Positions 1 to 10,017 are shown, counted from the stretch's first letter. The stretch is 64,000 nucleotides of DNA from Gammaproteobacteria bacterium (GCA_040183005.1 JAMPIW010000007.1:983314-1047313), one strand, 5' to 3'. Numbers and translations: made by a program. Notes: generated from the sequence alone by a model not told the origin.

Positions 1-332
1 GGCATCTTCGCTCCGCCCACCAGCAGTGGGATGAGTGGCTTGCCTGAGTCAAGCGCAGCCTCGATCTCCTGGCGCACAAAATCGCCTGGGTCATCCAGCC
101 GTCGCCGGCCATCCGCGTCGGCCTTCAGCCAGAAAGGTCCCATCATCACCAGCACCGCGCCCGCTTCACGCAACTGGGACTGGATGGCCTGCGCAAAATC
201 CTCGCCCGGCTGGATATCATCGACATCGCGGAACACACTGCCGACGCCGAATTCCGCCTCCAGGGCGTCGGCCAGCCGGCCTGCAAAGCCGGCACTGTCG
301 TCGCGGCGGTAAGAAAGGAAGATTCGGGCCAT
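1..332 (-). CDS. TIR-domain protein (TIR_2 type), N-terminal part only; runs off the left edge
   Basis: Not in the ORF track; translated by hand from ATG at 332: MARIFLSYRRDDSAGFAGRLADALEAEFG...VFRDVDDIQPGEDF...DPGDFVRQEIEAAL. Starts 3 bp after the patatin stop codon. Confidence 0.85.
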   Translation of the reverse strand, partial: MARIFLSYRRDDSAGFAGRLADALEAEFGVGSVFRDVDDIQPGEDFAQAIQSQLREAGAVLVMMGPFWLKADADGRRRLDDPGDFVRQEIEAALDSGKPLIPLLVGGAKM

Positions 333-335
333 GGG

Positions 336-1469
336 TCAGAAGCCCGCGAAGTGCTCTGCCTTCACTTTCTTCGCCACCGCCTGCCCCACCCGCTGCAACT
401 CGGCGATATGCGCCACGGAATCGAGCTTCTGCACGTCTTCCGGTTTGATATCCGCCAGCTCCAGGGCTGACAGTCCCTTCGGGGACAGCTCGGCGTTGTA
501 GCGCATGTAAGTAAAGAGTTTACCCGGCCCCACCGGGCCCTTCGCGCCGATCATGTTACCCACCTCCCGATCAAGCTCATCGCCGGAGAGACATTTGCCA
601 AACACACGGCAGAGCGTGTCCTGCTCGTTGAGCGCCGCGTACATCAGCGCGGAGGGAATAGAGCCTGCGTTGTAGAGCAGATTCATTTCGTTGGGATCGA
701 GGTCGGCATTGGCCTGCGGGCTGGTGCCCGTGCCGATCGACACCACCAGCATCTTGTCTTCACCGGCGGACCAACCCATCTTGTAGGGCTCCACCGTTGC
801 CATCAGGAAGGCCTGGAACGCCGGGTTGTTGTAGGTGGTGATGCCGCCATCGACAAAGACGAACTGGTATTCGTTCTGCGTACCTGGGTCGAAGGTCACA
901 ACCTCGGGTGGAAAATACACCGGTGCCGCCGTGCTTGCGCGCACCAACTGCCACAGCGGCAACTTGAGGTTGCAATCCTTCCGTTCCGGCTGGTTGTATT
1001 TAGCGTACGGATTGTTCGAAACCGGCCAGGGCGAGTCGGTGGTGGCGTTGCGCATCACCATCATCAGCACCGTCTTCAGCTTGTCGCTGCCCAGGGCCGT
1101 GTCCTTGCCGAATACCTCCTGCATTTTCGTCGCCAGCTTATCGTCTTCGAATTTGTAACGGAAGCGTTTGAGCAGGGATGCCTTGTCGAACATGTCGGTG
1201 CCGCTGCTGATGTAGAACGAGCGGATATCGGACACCTTCATGCCGAGCGAGATGCACGCCGCGATGATGGCGCCGGTGCTGGTGCCCGCGACAAAATCGA
1301 AATAATCGGCCAACACAAAATCGTCGCCGCGCCCCAGCTTCTGGCGCAGCATGTTTTCAATTTCGGCCAGCACTTCCACCGTCATCATCCCGCGTATGCC
1401 GCCGCCGTCGAGGGCGAGGATTTTCTTGGGGCCGGGGGTTTGGATGCGTTTTTTCAGTTGCTCGTTCAT
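336..1469 (-). CDS. Patatin-like phospholipase
   Basis: ALDGGGIRG oxyanion motif, GTSTG nucleophile elbow and DGG catalytic Asp are all intact; 377 aa. Confidence 0.93.
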   Translation of the reverse strand: MNEQLKKRIQTPGPKKILALDGGGIRGMMTVEVLAEIENMLRQKLGRGDDFVLADYFDFVAGTSTGAIIAACISLGMKVSDIRSFYISSGTDMFDKASLLKRFRYKFEDDKLATKMQEVFGKDTALGSDKLKTVLMMVMRNATTDSPWPVSNNPYAKYNQPERKDCNLKLPLWQLVRASTAAPVYFPPEVVTFDPGTQNEYQFVFVDGGITTYNNPAFQAFLMATVEPYKMGWSAGEDKMLVVSIGTGTSPQANADLDPNEMNLLYNAGSIPSALMYAALNEQDTLCRVFGKCLSGDELDREVGNMIGAKGPVGPGKLFTYMRYNAELSPKGLSALELADIKPEDVQKLDSVAHIAELQRVGQAVAKKVKAEHFAGF

Positions 1470-1703
1470 GGTGTTTTCCTTAAGTGTTGTCAGTTTTCTT
1501 CTGGTGAGCGGAAAGGCTGTTTAGCTCACCCCATTTGCGGTCTTGCTGGTTTGCTGCGGAACTGGCTTGTCCGGCGGAATCGGCAGGCCGGGGCACTGCT
1601 CGATGTAATTGATATCCGGAGACACCCACTCGCGCCATTCCTTCTGGCTCATGTTACGGGTGAGTTTCTTGCAAAGTTCGTCGGGCCATATCTTGGGGGC
1701 GGG

Positions 1704-3434
1704 CCACAGCCGCAGGGTCTTGTCATAGCTGCCCGAGACGATGCGCGTGCCGTCGGGGCTGAAGGCCACTCTCGACACGAGGCCCTGATGCCCCTGCAGC
1801 GGAGCGCCGATAGGCTGGCCGGTTTGCGCGTCCCACAGCCGCAGGGTCTTGTCCCCACTGCCCGAGACGATGCGTGTGCCGTCGGGGCTGAAGGCGACGC
1901 TCGACACGTAGTCCTGATGCCCCTGCAGCGGCGCGCCGATGGGCGACCCGGTTTTCGCGTACCACAGGCGCAGGGTCTTGTCCCCACTGCCCGAGACGAT
2001 GCGCGTGCCGTCGGGGCTGAAGGCCACGCTCGTCACCCACTCCTGATGCCCCTGCAGCGGCGCGCCGATGGGCTGGCCGGTTTTCGCGTCCCACAGGCGC
2101 AGGGTCTTGTCCCAACTACCGGAGACGATGCGTGTGCCGTCGGGGCTGAAGGCCACTCTCGACACGAGGCCCTGATGCCCCTGCAGCGGAGCGCCGATAG
2201 GCTGGCCGGTTTGCGCGTCCCACAGCCGCAGGGTCTTGTCCCCACTGCCCGAGACGATGCGCGTGCCGTCGGGGCTGAAGGCCACGCTCCACACCGTGTC
2301 CTGATGCCCCTGCAGCGGCGCGCCGATGGGCTGGCCGGTTTTCGCATCCCACAGGCGCAGGGTCTTGTCTTCACTGCCCGAGACGATGCGCGTGCCGTCG
2401 GGGCTGAAGGCCACGCTCCACACCGTGTCCTGATGCCCCTGCAGCGGCGCGCCGATTTGCTGGCCGGTTTTCGCATCCCACAGGCGCAGGGTCTTATCCC
2501 AACTGCCCGAGACGATGCGCGTGCCGTTGGGGCTGAAGGCCACGCTCGACACTGCGTCCTGATGCCCCTGCAGCGGCGCACCGATCGGCGATCCGGTGTT
2601 CGCGTCCCACAGGCGCAGGGTCTTGTCCCCACTGCCCGAGACGATGCGCGTGCCGTCGGGGCTGAAGGCCACGCTCGTCACCCACTCCTGATGCCCCTGC
2701 AGCGGCGCGCCGATGGGCGACCCGGTTTTCGCGTCCCACAGGCGCAGGGTCTTGTCAAAACTACCGGAGACGATGCGCGTGCCGTCGGGGCTGAAGGCCA
2801 CTCTCGACACGAGGCCCTGATGCCCCTGCAGCGGAGCGCCGATAGGCTGGCCGGTTTTCGCATCCCACAGGCGCAGGGTCTTATCCCGACTGCCCGAGAC
2901 GATGCGCGTGCCGTTGGGGCTGAAGGCCACGCTCGACACCGCGTCCTGATGCCCCTGCAGCGGCGCACCGATGGGCGATCCGGTGTTCGCGTCCCACAGG
3001 CGCAGGGTCTTATCCCGACTGCCCGAGACGATGCGCGTGCCGTTGGGGCTGAAGGCCACGCTCGACACCGCGTCCTGATGCCCCTGCAGCGGCGCACCGA
3101 TGGGCGATCCGGTGTTCGCGTCCCACAGGCGCAGGGTCTTGTCCCCACTGCCCGAGACGATGCGCGTGCCGTCGGGGCTGAAGGCCACGCTCCACACCGT
3201 GTCCTGATGCCCCCGCAGCGGCACGCCGATGGGCGACCCGCTGTTCGCGTCCCACAGGCGCAGGGTCTTTGTCCCCACTGCCCGAGACGATGCGCGTGCC
3301 GTCGGGGCTGAAGGCCACGCTCGACACCGCGTCCTGATGCCCCTGCAGGGGCGCGCCGATCGGCGACCCGGTTTTCGCGTCCCACAGGCGCAGGGTCTTG
3401 TCCCCACTGCCCGAGACGATGCGTGCGCCGTCGG
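1704..3434 (-). repeat. Near-identical 129-bp (43-aa) WD40 tandem repeat array
   Basis: Unit [43 protein letters not shown], about 13.4 copies here; the first blade begins at 5091-5140 on the other side of the IS. Confidence 0.95.
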
Positions 3435-3470
3435 TAGTTGTCAAGCTAGTTGTCGCCTGAATGCTTGAAT

Positions 3471-4550
3471 TTATGCTGCCTTTTTGAGTTCTAAATTTTC
3501 CTCCTTTGGATCGGTTTTTTCGGCGACTTGTTGATCGGGATTCAAGTGAACTACGCGGACTGGCCGCCAGTTTCGAGTAACGCCACTCCAACGCTCTGGA
3601 TGCCTTTTCTTCGCTGCTTCATAGACGTCGACGCGCTTCTGTAGCAACGCGGTGTCCAGGCCCGCATGGCGCTCTGCGGGGGTAACGAATCTGATGGCAC
3701 TGTGACGATGTTCATGGTTGTACCAATGAACAAATGTGCTGACCCACTGCCTGGCGGCAATGAGACTTTCAAACGGTCGGAAGGGATAGACTGGCCGGTA
3801 TTTCAACGTCTTGAATAGCGACTCCGAAAAAGGATTGTCATTGCTGACCGCCGGGCGACTGAACGATGGCATCACGCCCAGCGCTTGCAGGGTGGCCAGC
3901 ATCGTGGCGCCTTTCATCGGGCTGCCATTGTCAGAATGCAACACCACCTGATTCAGTGCGATGTTTTCCCGCTTGCAAATATCGCGCATAACTTCGCTTG
4001 CCAGGTCACTACTTTCTGCATCATAGATCTGCCAGCCAACGATTTTTCGGCTAAAAATATCCATGAACAAATACAGGTAAAAATAGATTCCCTTCACCTG
4101 CGTTGGCAGATAAGTGATGTCCCAGCTAAATAACGCATTGGGCGCCGTTGCACAGAGCGCACGCGGCTTGTGGCGCTGTTGCGCGGGTCGTTCTGCGCCA
4201 CGATGCCTGAGCTGATGTGCTTCTCTCAGAGCGCGGTAAATGGTTGACTCAGAAGCGATATATTGCCCACGGTCGGCCAGCCGAGGAACGATTTGACCTG
4301 GCGGAAGATCCCCAAATTCGTCTGAATTCACGACTGCCAGCAGGCGCTCGCGTTCCGGCACACTGAGCTTGTTTTTGGGTGCCTGCAACCGCATGGGTCG
4401 CTGATCGCCGCGTAATGGGTCGAGCTGCCAGCGTTGCAAAGTGCGTTCGCTGAGAGAGATCGCCGCACAGGCGCGATCCTGGTGCGCACCCGCAGCGATT
4501 GCTTCCGCCACCAGTGTCATGACTTGGCCGCGCTCTGCGAGGGAGGTCAT
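3471..4550 (-). CDS. IS3-family transposase OrfB (DDE/rve core)
   Basis: [22 protein letters not shown] and WYNxEHRHSAI motifs; overlaps the orfA stop (ATGA). Confidence 0.92.
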   Translation of the reverse strand: MTSLAERGQVMTLVAEAIAAGAHQDRACAAISLSERTLQRWQLDPLRGDQRPMRLQAPKNKLSVPERERLLAVVNSDEFGDLPPGQIVPRLADRGQYIASESTIYRALREAHQLRHRGAERPAQQRHKPRALCATAPNALFSWDITYLPTQVKGIYFYLYLFMDIFSRKIVGWQIYDAESSDLASEVMRDICKRENIALNQVVLHSDNGSPMKGATMLATLQALGVMPSFSRPAVSNDNPFSESLFKTLKYRPVYPFRPFESLIAARQWVSTFVHWYNHEHRHSAIRFVTPAERHAGLDTALLQKRVDVYEAAKKRHPERWSGVTRNWRPVRVVHLNPDQQVAEKTDPKEENLELKKAA

Positions 4551-5032
4551 TTGACCTCGTCCTCCCAGAGCGCGCGGAACTTTTTTTGCAGGATCAGCAA
4601 GGCTGCCGCCTCCGCCAATGCCTTCTCTTTGCGCACTAACTCACGCTTGAGTTTCTCATTTTCATCTTTCAATGTCCGAAATTCACGGATGCCTTGCACC
4701 GCTTTCACCTCGGTACAAAAAGCCGTTTTCCAGCTTGCCAGATGATGGGCAAATAAACCTTTTTCACGACACCACGCATGCAAGGTCTCGCCTGACAAGC
4801 CATGGGTTTCATGCAATGCCACCAGCTGCTCCTCCGCGCTCCAGTCCTGGGGCCGTTTCTCTTTTGTCACCGATATACTGAGCTTGCCCATCGATTTCCT
4901 TTTCATCCAATTCTTTAACGTATGGAAACTAACGTTCAGGTCTTCCGCCACCGACCGGATTGTCCGATCTCCACGAGAAAATACCTTGACCAGCGCTTGT
5001 TCTATAAATGCCCCAGAATACGTTATTTTCAT
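4547..5032 (-). CDS. IS3-family transposase OrfA (HTH)
   Basis: HTH-like N-terminus; A7G slippery motif (minus strand, about 4580-4587) near the 3' end, typical of -1 programmed frameshifting in the IS3 family. Confidence 0.88.
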   Translation of the reverse strand: MKITYSGAFIEQALVKVFSRGDRTIRSVAEDLNVSFHTLKNWMKRKSMGKLSISVTKEKRPQDWSAEEQLVALHETHGLSGETLHAWCREKGLFAHHLASWKTAFCTEVKAVQGIREFRTLKDENEKLKRELVRKEKALAEAAALLILQKKFRALWEDEVK

Positions 5033-6172
5033 CGTTGCCTCTATTTTAGAAAATTAAAATTTAGAGGCGACAACTAGCCTGACACAGGGGGCCGTCGGGG
5101 CTGACGGCGACTGCTAAGACTCGAGAATCCGCATCAATGACCTTCAACAAATGTGAGTGGCCAAATAGTGAGACACCTATTGTATTCTCGATCTCGCTAT
5201 GCGGCGCAATCCGGTGTGCTGCAAGCAGTTTCAACAATCCGAGCACCGTGCCACCTGGGCGTGCGCCCGACAGCATGGCTTGCGCTTCAGCATTAAGCTG
5301 CAGCGCTGTTGCCTGCTTGGATTCCTGATCCGCTTTCCAGGCGAGCCACACAGCCAGGAATGCAACCGCGATAGCCGCGAAAAGCAGGTATCTTAATAGT
5401 TTGCGGCTTTTTTTAAGCCTCGCGGCATCGGCCTGTGCCTGCTCAGTGGCACGCTTCTGTTCGGCCGTGAGTGCTTCTGCGGCAGCCTGCTTCTCCCGTG
5501 CGGCATCGAGTTCCGCCTGACGCCGGCGTTCTTCTTCCACCTGCTTTTGTGTCTCTCTCTGGCGCGAAGCCAACATGAACTCGCTGACGGGTTCAAGTCG
5601 TCTACGATAGGCAGGTCTGGCGGCGAGCGCCTCGGCGATGGCCAGCCGTTCACCCACCATCAGCCAGGGGTCCTTGCGGCCGTTCTTCTCCCAGTCTTGC
5701 GCAGCCTGTTCAACTGCATCGGCGACCTTCAGGTCTTCGCGCTCGGCGTGCAGCCAGTTGGCGAGTACGTCCCAGCGGCGCAACAGCGCTTCATGGGCTA
5801 CCTCGACGATTTTCTCGCCTTCGCGCTGGTCGGTGAGCAGCAGTCGTTTATCCGCCAGGGCATCAATGAGCTTATGGCTCTCGGGTGGTAGATCGGACAG
5901 CCGCGCTGTGCGGCGCATGGGCTCGTCGTTTTGCGGATTGATCGTGGCGAGCCAGGGAATGAAGGCGGCCCGCAGAGTTTCCAGTTGGGTCTGACGCTCG
6001 GCCGGGTCGCGGGCGAGCACGGACTCCGCTTCATCGTTCACCACGCTGCGCATGCCGCCCATGACGTCGTATTCGTCGAGGCGCAGGTCGCCGTCGCGTA
6101 AGCGTCCAGCCGTCCCACCTGTTTTTATAGTTACCCTTGCGCCACCCTGTGGTTTTCACAGGAGAGCGGCAC

Positions 6173-6490
6173 ATGAATATGAAATCGTTGGAGGCAAGTC
6201 GCCACTACTGGCAGCAGCACGTCGCGGCCTGGCGGTGTAGTGGCCTGAAGCAGATTGATTATTGCAGGCAGCATGGACTGGTGCCGAAGCAGCTTCGCTA
6301 CCGGATCGCCAAAGACCGTCGAAACGACGTTTGCGTGAGCGGCACGGATGCGGTCACGCTGGTGCCCGTGCAGATCGAGGAGGTCAACGGTGCTGGGTTG
6401 GTGTTGCAGAACGCGGGGGGGTGGCAGCTCACGCTGCCGTCCGGTGTTTCGGCAAGCTGGCTGGCAACCTTGCTGCGGGGCTTGTCATGA
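6173..6490 (+). CDS. tnpA: IS66 accessory protein TnpA
   Basis: WQQHVAAWRCSGLKQIDYCRQHGL HTH pattern; RBS GGAGAG before ATG 6173. Confidence 0.85.
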   Translation: MNMKSLEASRHYWQQHVAAWRCSGLKQIDYCRQHGLVPKQLRYRIAKDRRNDVCVSGTDAVTLVPVQIEEVNGAGLVLQNAGGWQLTLPSGVSASWLATLLRGLS

Positions 6491-6828
6491 TTGCGCAGCC
6501 GCATACGATCTGGGTGGCGGTCGCGCCGATGGACATGCGGGTGGGCATCGATGGTCTGTCGCTGCGGGTGCAGCAGGCGCTGGGCAAGGCCCCCTGCGAT
6601 GGCTCGGCCTATGTGTTTCGTAACCGTCGCGGTGATCGGCTCAAGGTGTTGCTGTGGGATGGCAATGGCGTGTGGTTGTGCCAGCGCCGGTTGCATCGGG
6701 GGCGCTTCGTCTGGCCGCAGGCGGACAGTCCGGTCTGGTCATTGGAACTTGCCCAATGGCAGTGGCTGATTGCTGGTGTCGACTGGCAGCGGATGTCGGC
6801 CCAACCGGCGGCCGACTGGCGTTTGTGA
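6487..6828 (+). CDS. tnpB: IS66 accessory protein TnpB
   Basis: PMDMRVGIDGL, YVFRNRRGDRLKVLLWDGNGVWLCQRRL motifs; ATGA overlap with tnpA. Confidence 0.92.
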   Translation: MIAQPHTIWVAVAPMDMRVGIDGLSLRVQQALGKAPCDGSAYVFRNRRGDRLKVLLWDGNGVWLCQRRLHRGRFVWPQADSPVWSLELAQWQWLIAGVDWQRMSAQPAADWRL

Positions 6829-6910
6829 CGATTGAAGCCGCCATGAAAAATGGTGAATAAAAACCTGTATTTATGCGGCTTTCTGCGGTGTTTCATGGTA
6901 TAATTTTGTC

Positions 6911-8536
6911 ATGAAAAACGTTGCCGAAGCAGCCCTGCAAGACGCTCCTGCCGCTCTCAAAAACTGGGCTGTGCTGGCGATGCAGCAGCTCGACGAAAAG
7001 AGTAACAAAGTACAACAGTTAAGCGATCAACTGTCACTGCGCGACCAGCAGCTCAAACACGCCGACCTCAAAATCCAGGCCCTGACCTTCGAACTCGCCT
7101 ACTACAAGCGCATTCGCTTTGCCAACAAGAGCGAACAATTCTCCTTGGAGCAGCGCGAGTTGTTCGAGGAAAGCTGGAATACCGACACCAGTGCGCTGGA
7201 AGCCGAAGTGGAACAGCTGGCATCTACCCAGCAACCCAAGCGCGAACGCGCCGGTCGCCAGCCGTTGCCGAATCATCTCGGCAACCGCTCCATGCGTTGC
7301 TCTACCTCCTGCATCCATGCAGTCGTCCCGCGCATCGAGCATCGCCACGAACCTGAGGGTTGCACCTGCGGCCAGTGCGGCAAGGATCTGGTCAAGATCG
7401 GCGAAGACATCAGCGAGCAACTGGATGTCGAGCCCGCCCGCTTCTTCGTGCATCGCCACATTCGTCCGCAGTATGCTTGCCGTGCTTGTGAGACCGTCAG
7501 TGCGGCGCCGATTCCGCCGGCGGTCATCGACGGCGGCATGGCGGCGCCGGGCTTGCTCACCTGGGTGATGGTCAGCAAATTCATGGATCACCTGCCTCTC
7601 TACCGGCTGGAGCAGATCGCCGCGCGCAGCGGGGTCGTCCTGTCACGCTCCACCTTGGCCGAATGGGTAGGTCGCATTGGCGTGGCACTCCAGCCGCTGG
7701 CCGACCGGCTGGCCGAGATACTTCGCCAGCGCACCGTCCTGCACGCCGACGAGACCCCGGTGCAGCAACTCGACCCCGGACGGGGAAAAACGCTACGCGC
7801 CTTCCTCTGGGCCTACCGAAGTTGCGATCTCGAACAGGGAGACCCCCTCGTCCTCTTCGACTACCAGACCGACCGGCGCGGCAAACATGCCAGGAACTTC
7901 CTGCAAGGCTGGAAGGGTGCCCTTATGGTCGATGATTATGCCTGCTACAAAGGCCTGTTCGCCCGCGCCGTGGTGGAACTGGCGTGCCTGGCCCATGCGC
8001 GGCGGAAATTCTACGATCTGCATGCCGCCCATCAGAGCCCGATTGCGGCCGAGGCATTGAAGCGCATTGCCGGACTCTACGCCATCGAAGATCAGGGCAA
8101 GACCCTGGGCATCGAAGATCGTCATGCATTACGCCAGCAACACGCCAAGCCGAAGCTGGACGAATTCCACGCCTGGCTCCAGAACACACGGCTCACCACC
8201 GCCACGGGTAGCGGCACCGCCAAGGCCATCGACTACAGCCTCAAACGCTGGGATGCAATCAAGCGCTACCTCGGGGATGGCCGTTACCCCATCGATAACA
8301 ACCCGGTGGAAAATGCTATCCGTCCTATTGCGCTTGGTAAAAAGAATTGGCTGTTCACCGGCAGTGAACGCGCGGGCCGCCGCGCCGCCGCCATCCAGAG
8401 CCTGTTCGCAACGGCGAAACTCAACGGCATCGAGCCGGCTGCCTGGCTGAAGGATACGCTGGAGAAACTGCCGACCTGGCCTAACAGCCGCATTGATGAG
8501 CTGTTGCCGTTGCGGTCTGTGCAGGCATCAGGCTGA
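6911..8536 (+). CDS. tnpC: IS66 transposase TnpC, with a 16-aa in-frame insertion
   Basis: CTCGQC...CRAC zinc ribbon, LHADETP, MVDDY, CLAHARRKF, IDNNPVENAIR motifs. Confidence 0.95.
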   Translation: MKNVAEAALQDAPAALKNWAVLAMQQLDEKSNKVQQLSDQLSLRDQQLKHADLKIQALTFELAYYKRIRFANKSEQFSLEQRELFEESWNTDTSALEAEVEQLASTQQPKRERAGRQPLPNHLGNRSMRCSTSCIHAVVPRIEHRHEPEGCTCGQCGKDLVKIGEDISEQLDVEPARFFVHRHIRPQYACRACETVSAAPIPPAVIDGGMAAPGLLTWVMVSKFMDHLPLYRLEQIAARSGVVLSRSTLAEWVGRIGVALQPLADRLAEILRQRTVLHADETPVQQLDPGRGKTLRAFLWAYRSCDLEQGDPLVLFDYQTDRRGKHARNFLQGWKGALMVDDYACYKGLFARAVVELACLAHARRKFYDLHAAHQSPIAAEALKRIAGLYAIEDQGKTLGIEDRHALRQQHAKPKLDEFHAWLQNTRLTTATGSGTAKAIDYSLKRWDAIKRYLGDGRYPIDNNPVENAIRPIALGKKNWLFTGSERAGRRAAAIQSLFATAKLNGIEPAAWLKDTLEKLPTWPNSRIDELLPLRSVQASG

Positions 8537-9964
8537 GCTGTATAGATGGGGCGGCTGGACGCTTACGCCGTCGCTGCCGTAATCCCGGTACAGCCGCGCC
8601 AGGGTCAGGGAGAGCAGCGGCAGCGTGTCTGCGCCGTGGGCGCAGTCACTGAGCATGCGTTCTACCAGGTCCGGTTTTACTTCCAGCCGATTGCCCGCCA
8701 CCGTGGCACGGTGTGCCGGGCCGGTGATGATTTCCTTGAACTGCGACGGCGGCATGGGTTTGAGATCGTCGAACACTCGGGCGTTCAACCCGGCCAGTTC
8801 GGGGGCGGTCTGCAAGGGTTCGTAGCGGTCCGAGCGGATGGTGAAGGCAACGATCAGCGACGGCTGATCCGGTCCGACATCGCGCAGGGTCTCGCCGATG
8901 AGGGCCAGGAAGCGACGCGCCTCGTCGGTGGCGTCCGGGTTGAACAGCTCCTCGGCCTGATCGACTGACAGCAGCAGGGTCGGCGGCGGGATGTCCTGGC
9001 CGTTCGCGATCAGCCGGTTATGGGCGGCACGCTGGATATCGGTGAGCAGGCGCGGTAACGAGTTGACCTCTGTCAGCAGGGCCGCCTTGATGGCGCCAAA
9101 AGTCTGACCACTCAGACCCAAGGTGGTGTGTGCCTTGTGGATGGCCATCGCCAAACCATATTCGCCGGTAAGGGGTTGGCGCTCGGGCCGGATCACTTCC
9201 AGCGGCAGGAAATGCCGGTCGTCTCGCTTCAGCCGGGGCAGCAGGCCAGCCCGCAGGAACGAGGACTTGCCGGTGCCGGAGGGGCCGAGAATAACGAACA
9301 GGGTTTCTACTCCGGTGGCACGCATGCCACGCAAGGCGTCCAGGCCACGGACGATCTGGGCATCCCGGCCGAAGAAGATCGCCGCATCGTTTTCCTCCAG
9401 GGCGGACAAGCCGCGATAGGGCGGACGCTGGGGATCGTCTGGCGGTGGCCAGGGAAAATAGCGCGCGTCCAGGCCGGCGTTTTCCAGCCCCATGCGCAAG
9501 CGCGTGAGTCCGTCGGTGAGAAATTCGATCTGCTGCGGCTCTCCTTTGTGGCTGAAAGTAAGCGCCGTCTTTGGGCCACCGCCCACCAGATGGCAGAGCT
9601 GCCATTCCGCGGTCAGCTCGGTGGGCAGTTCGCCGATCTCCACAGGCTTGAGAATGGCGCCGAAGATGCGTTTGTTGAGGCTCTTGGCGAGCAGAAACTC
9701 AGCCAGGCACCACTTGGATTTCGCCCACGCGGGCGTGACGACAAACACCACCGCCTCGCAACGGTCGGCCGCGCGCCGCAACGTCTCCTGCCAGCGCTCG
9801 CCCGCCGCCAGACCGCGCTGGGGATCGATGTCGAGAAAGACGTCATCCCAACCGTTCGCGGCCAGCCACTCCTTGAGTGCAACGGCCTCAAGTTCGTCGA
9901 TGCTGGAGTGGCTTAGGAAGATGCGGGACATGGAGACTCCTTTGCAGTCATCGCTGTTAATTCA

Positions 9965-9986
9965 CACCCCGAATACCATCGGGGTG
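9965..9986. other. 8-bp stem hairpin between the GH13 gene and the TIR-nSTAND1 gene
   Basis: CACCCCGA-ATACCA-TCGGGGTG; no clear U-tract, so function is unknown. Confidence 0.3.
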
Positions 9987-10017
9987 CGCTCCCTTCCATA
10001 GTGGAAATTGCCTGCCG

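Larger units (their letters stand above)
3435..5090 (-). mobile_element. IS3-like insertion sequence (orfA/orfB)
   Basis: 20-bp inverted repeats TGTCAAGCTAGTTGTCGCCT (3439-3458) and AGGCGACAACTAGCCTGACA (5065-5084), 19/20 match; flanked by 8-bp direct repeat GCCGTCGG (3427-3434 and 5091-5098). Confidence 0.9.
6098..8566 (+). mobile_element. IS66-family element
   Basis: Terminal IRs GTAAGCGTCCAGCCG / CGGCTGGACGCTTAC; 8-bp target duplication GCCGTCGC (6090-6097 and 8567-8574); tnpA-tnpB-tnpC order. Confidence 0.96.
1521..9931 (-). pseudogene. TIR-nSTAND1 NTPase-TM-WD40 (14 repeats) NLR-like gene, interrupted by IS66 and an IS3-like element and by a +1 frameshift
   Basis: Segments 9931-8567, 6089-5091 and 3426-1521 (minus one extra T at 3268-3270) join in frame to 1422 aa. 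TIR with WCLAE, Walker A GPSGTGKSS, Walker B LLSVDQAEE, TM LLRYLLFAAIAVAFLAVWLAW, then 43-aa WD40 repeats. Confidence 0.9.

Noticed and set aside
1440-3311. 623-aa plus-strand ORF with its own repeats
   Set aside because: Antisense shadow of the WD40 array; a stop-free repeat unit gives long ORFs in other frames.
1704-3434. Diversity-generating retroelement as the source of WD40 variation
   Set aside because: No reverse transcriptase or separate template repeat in the window, and the substitutions are not adenine-specific.
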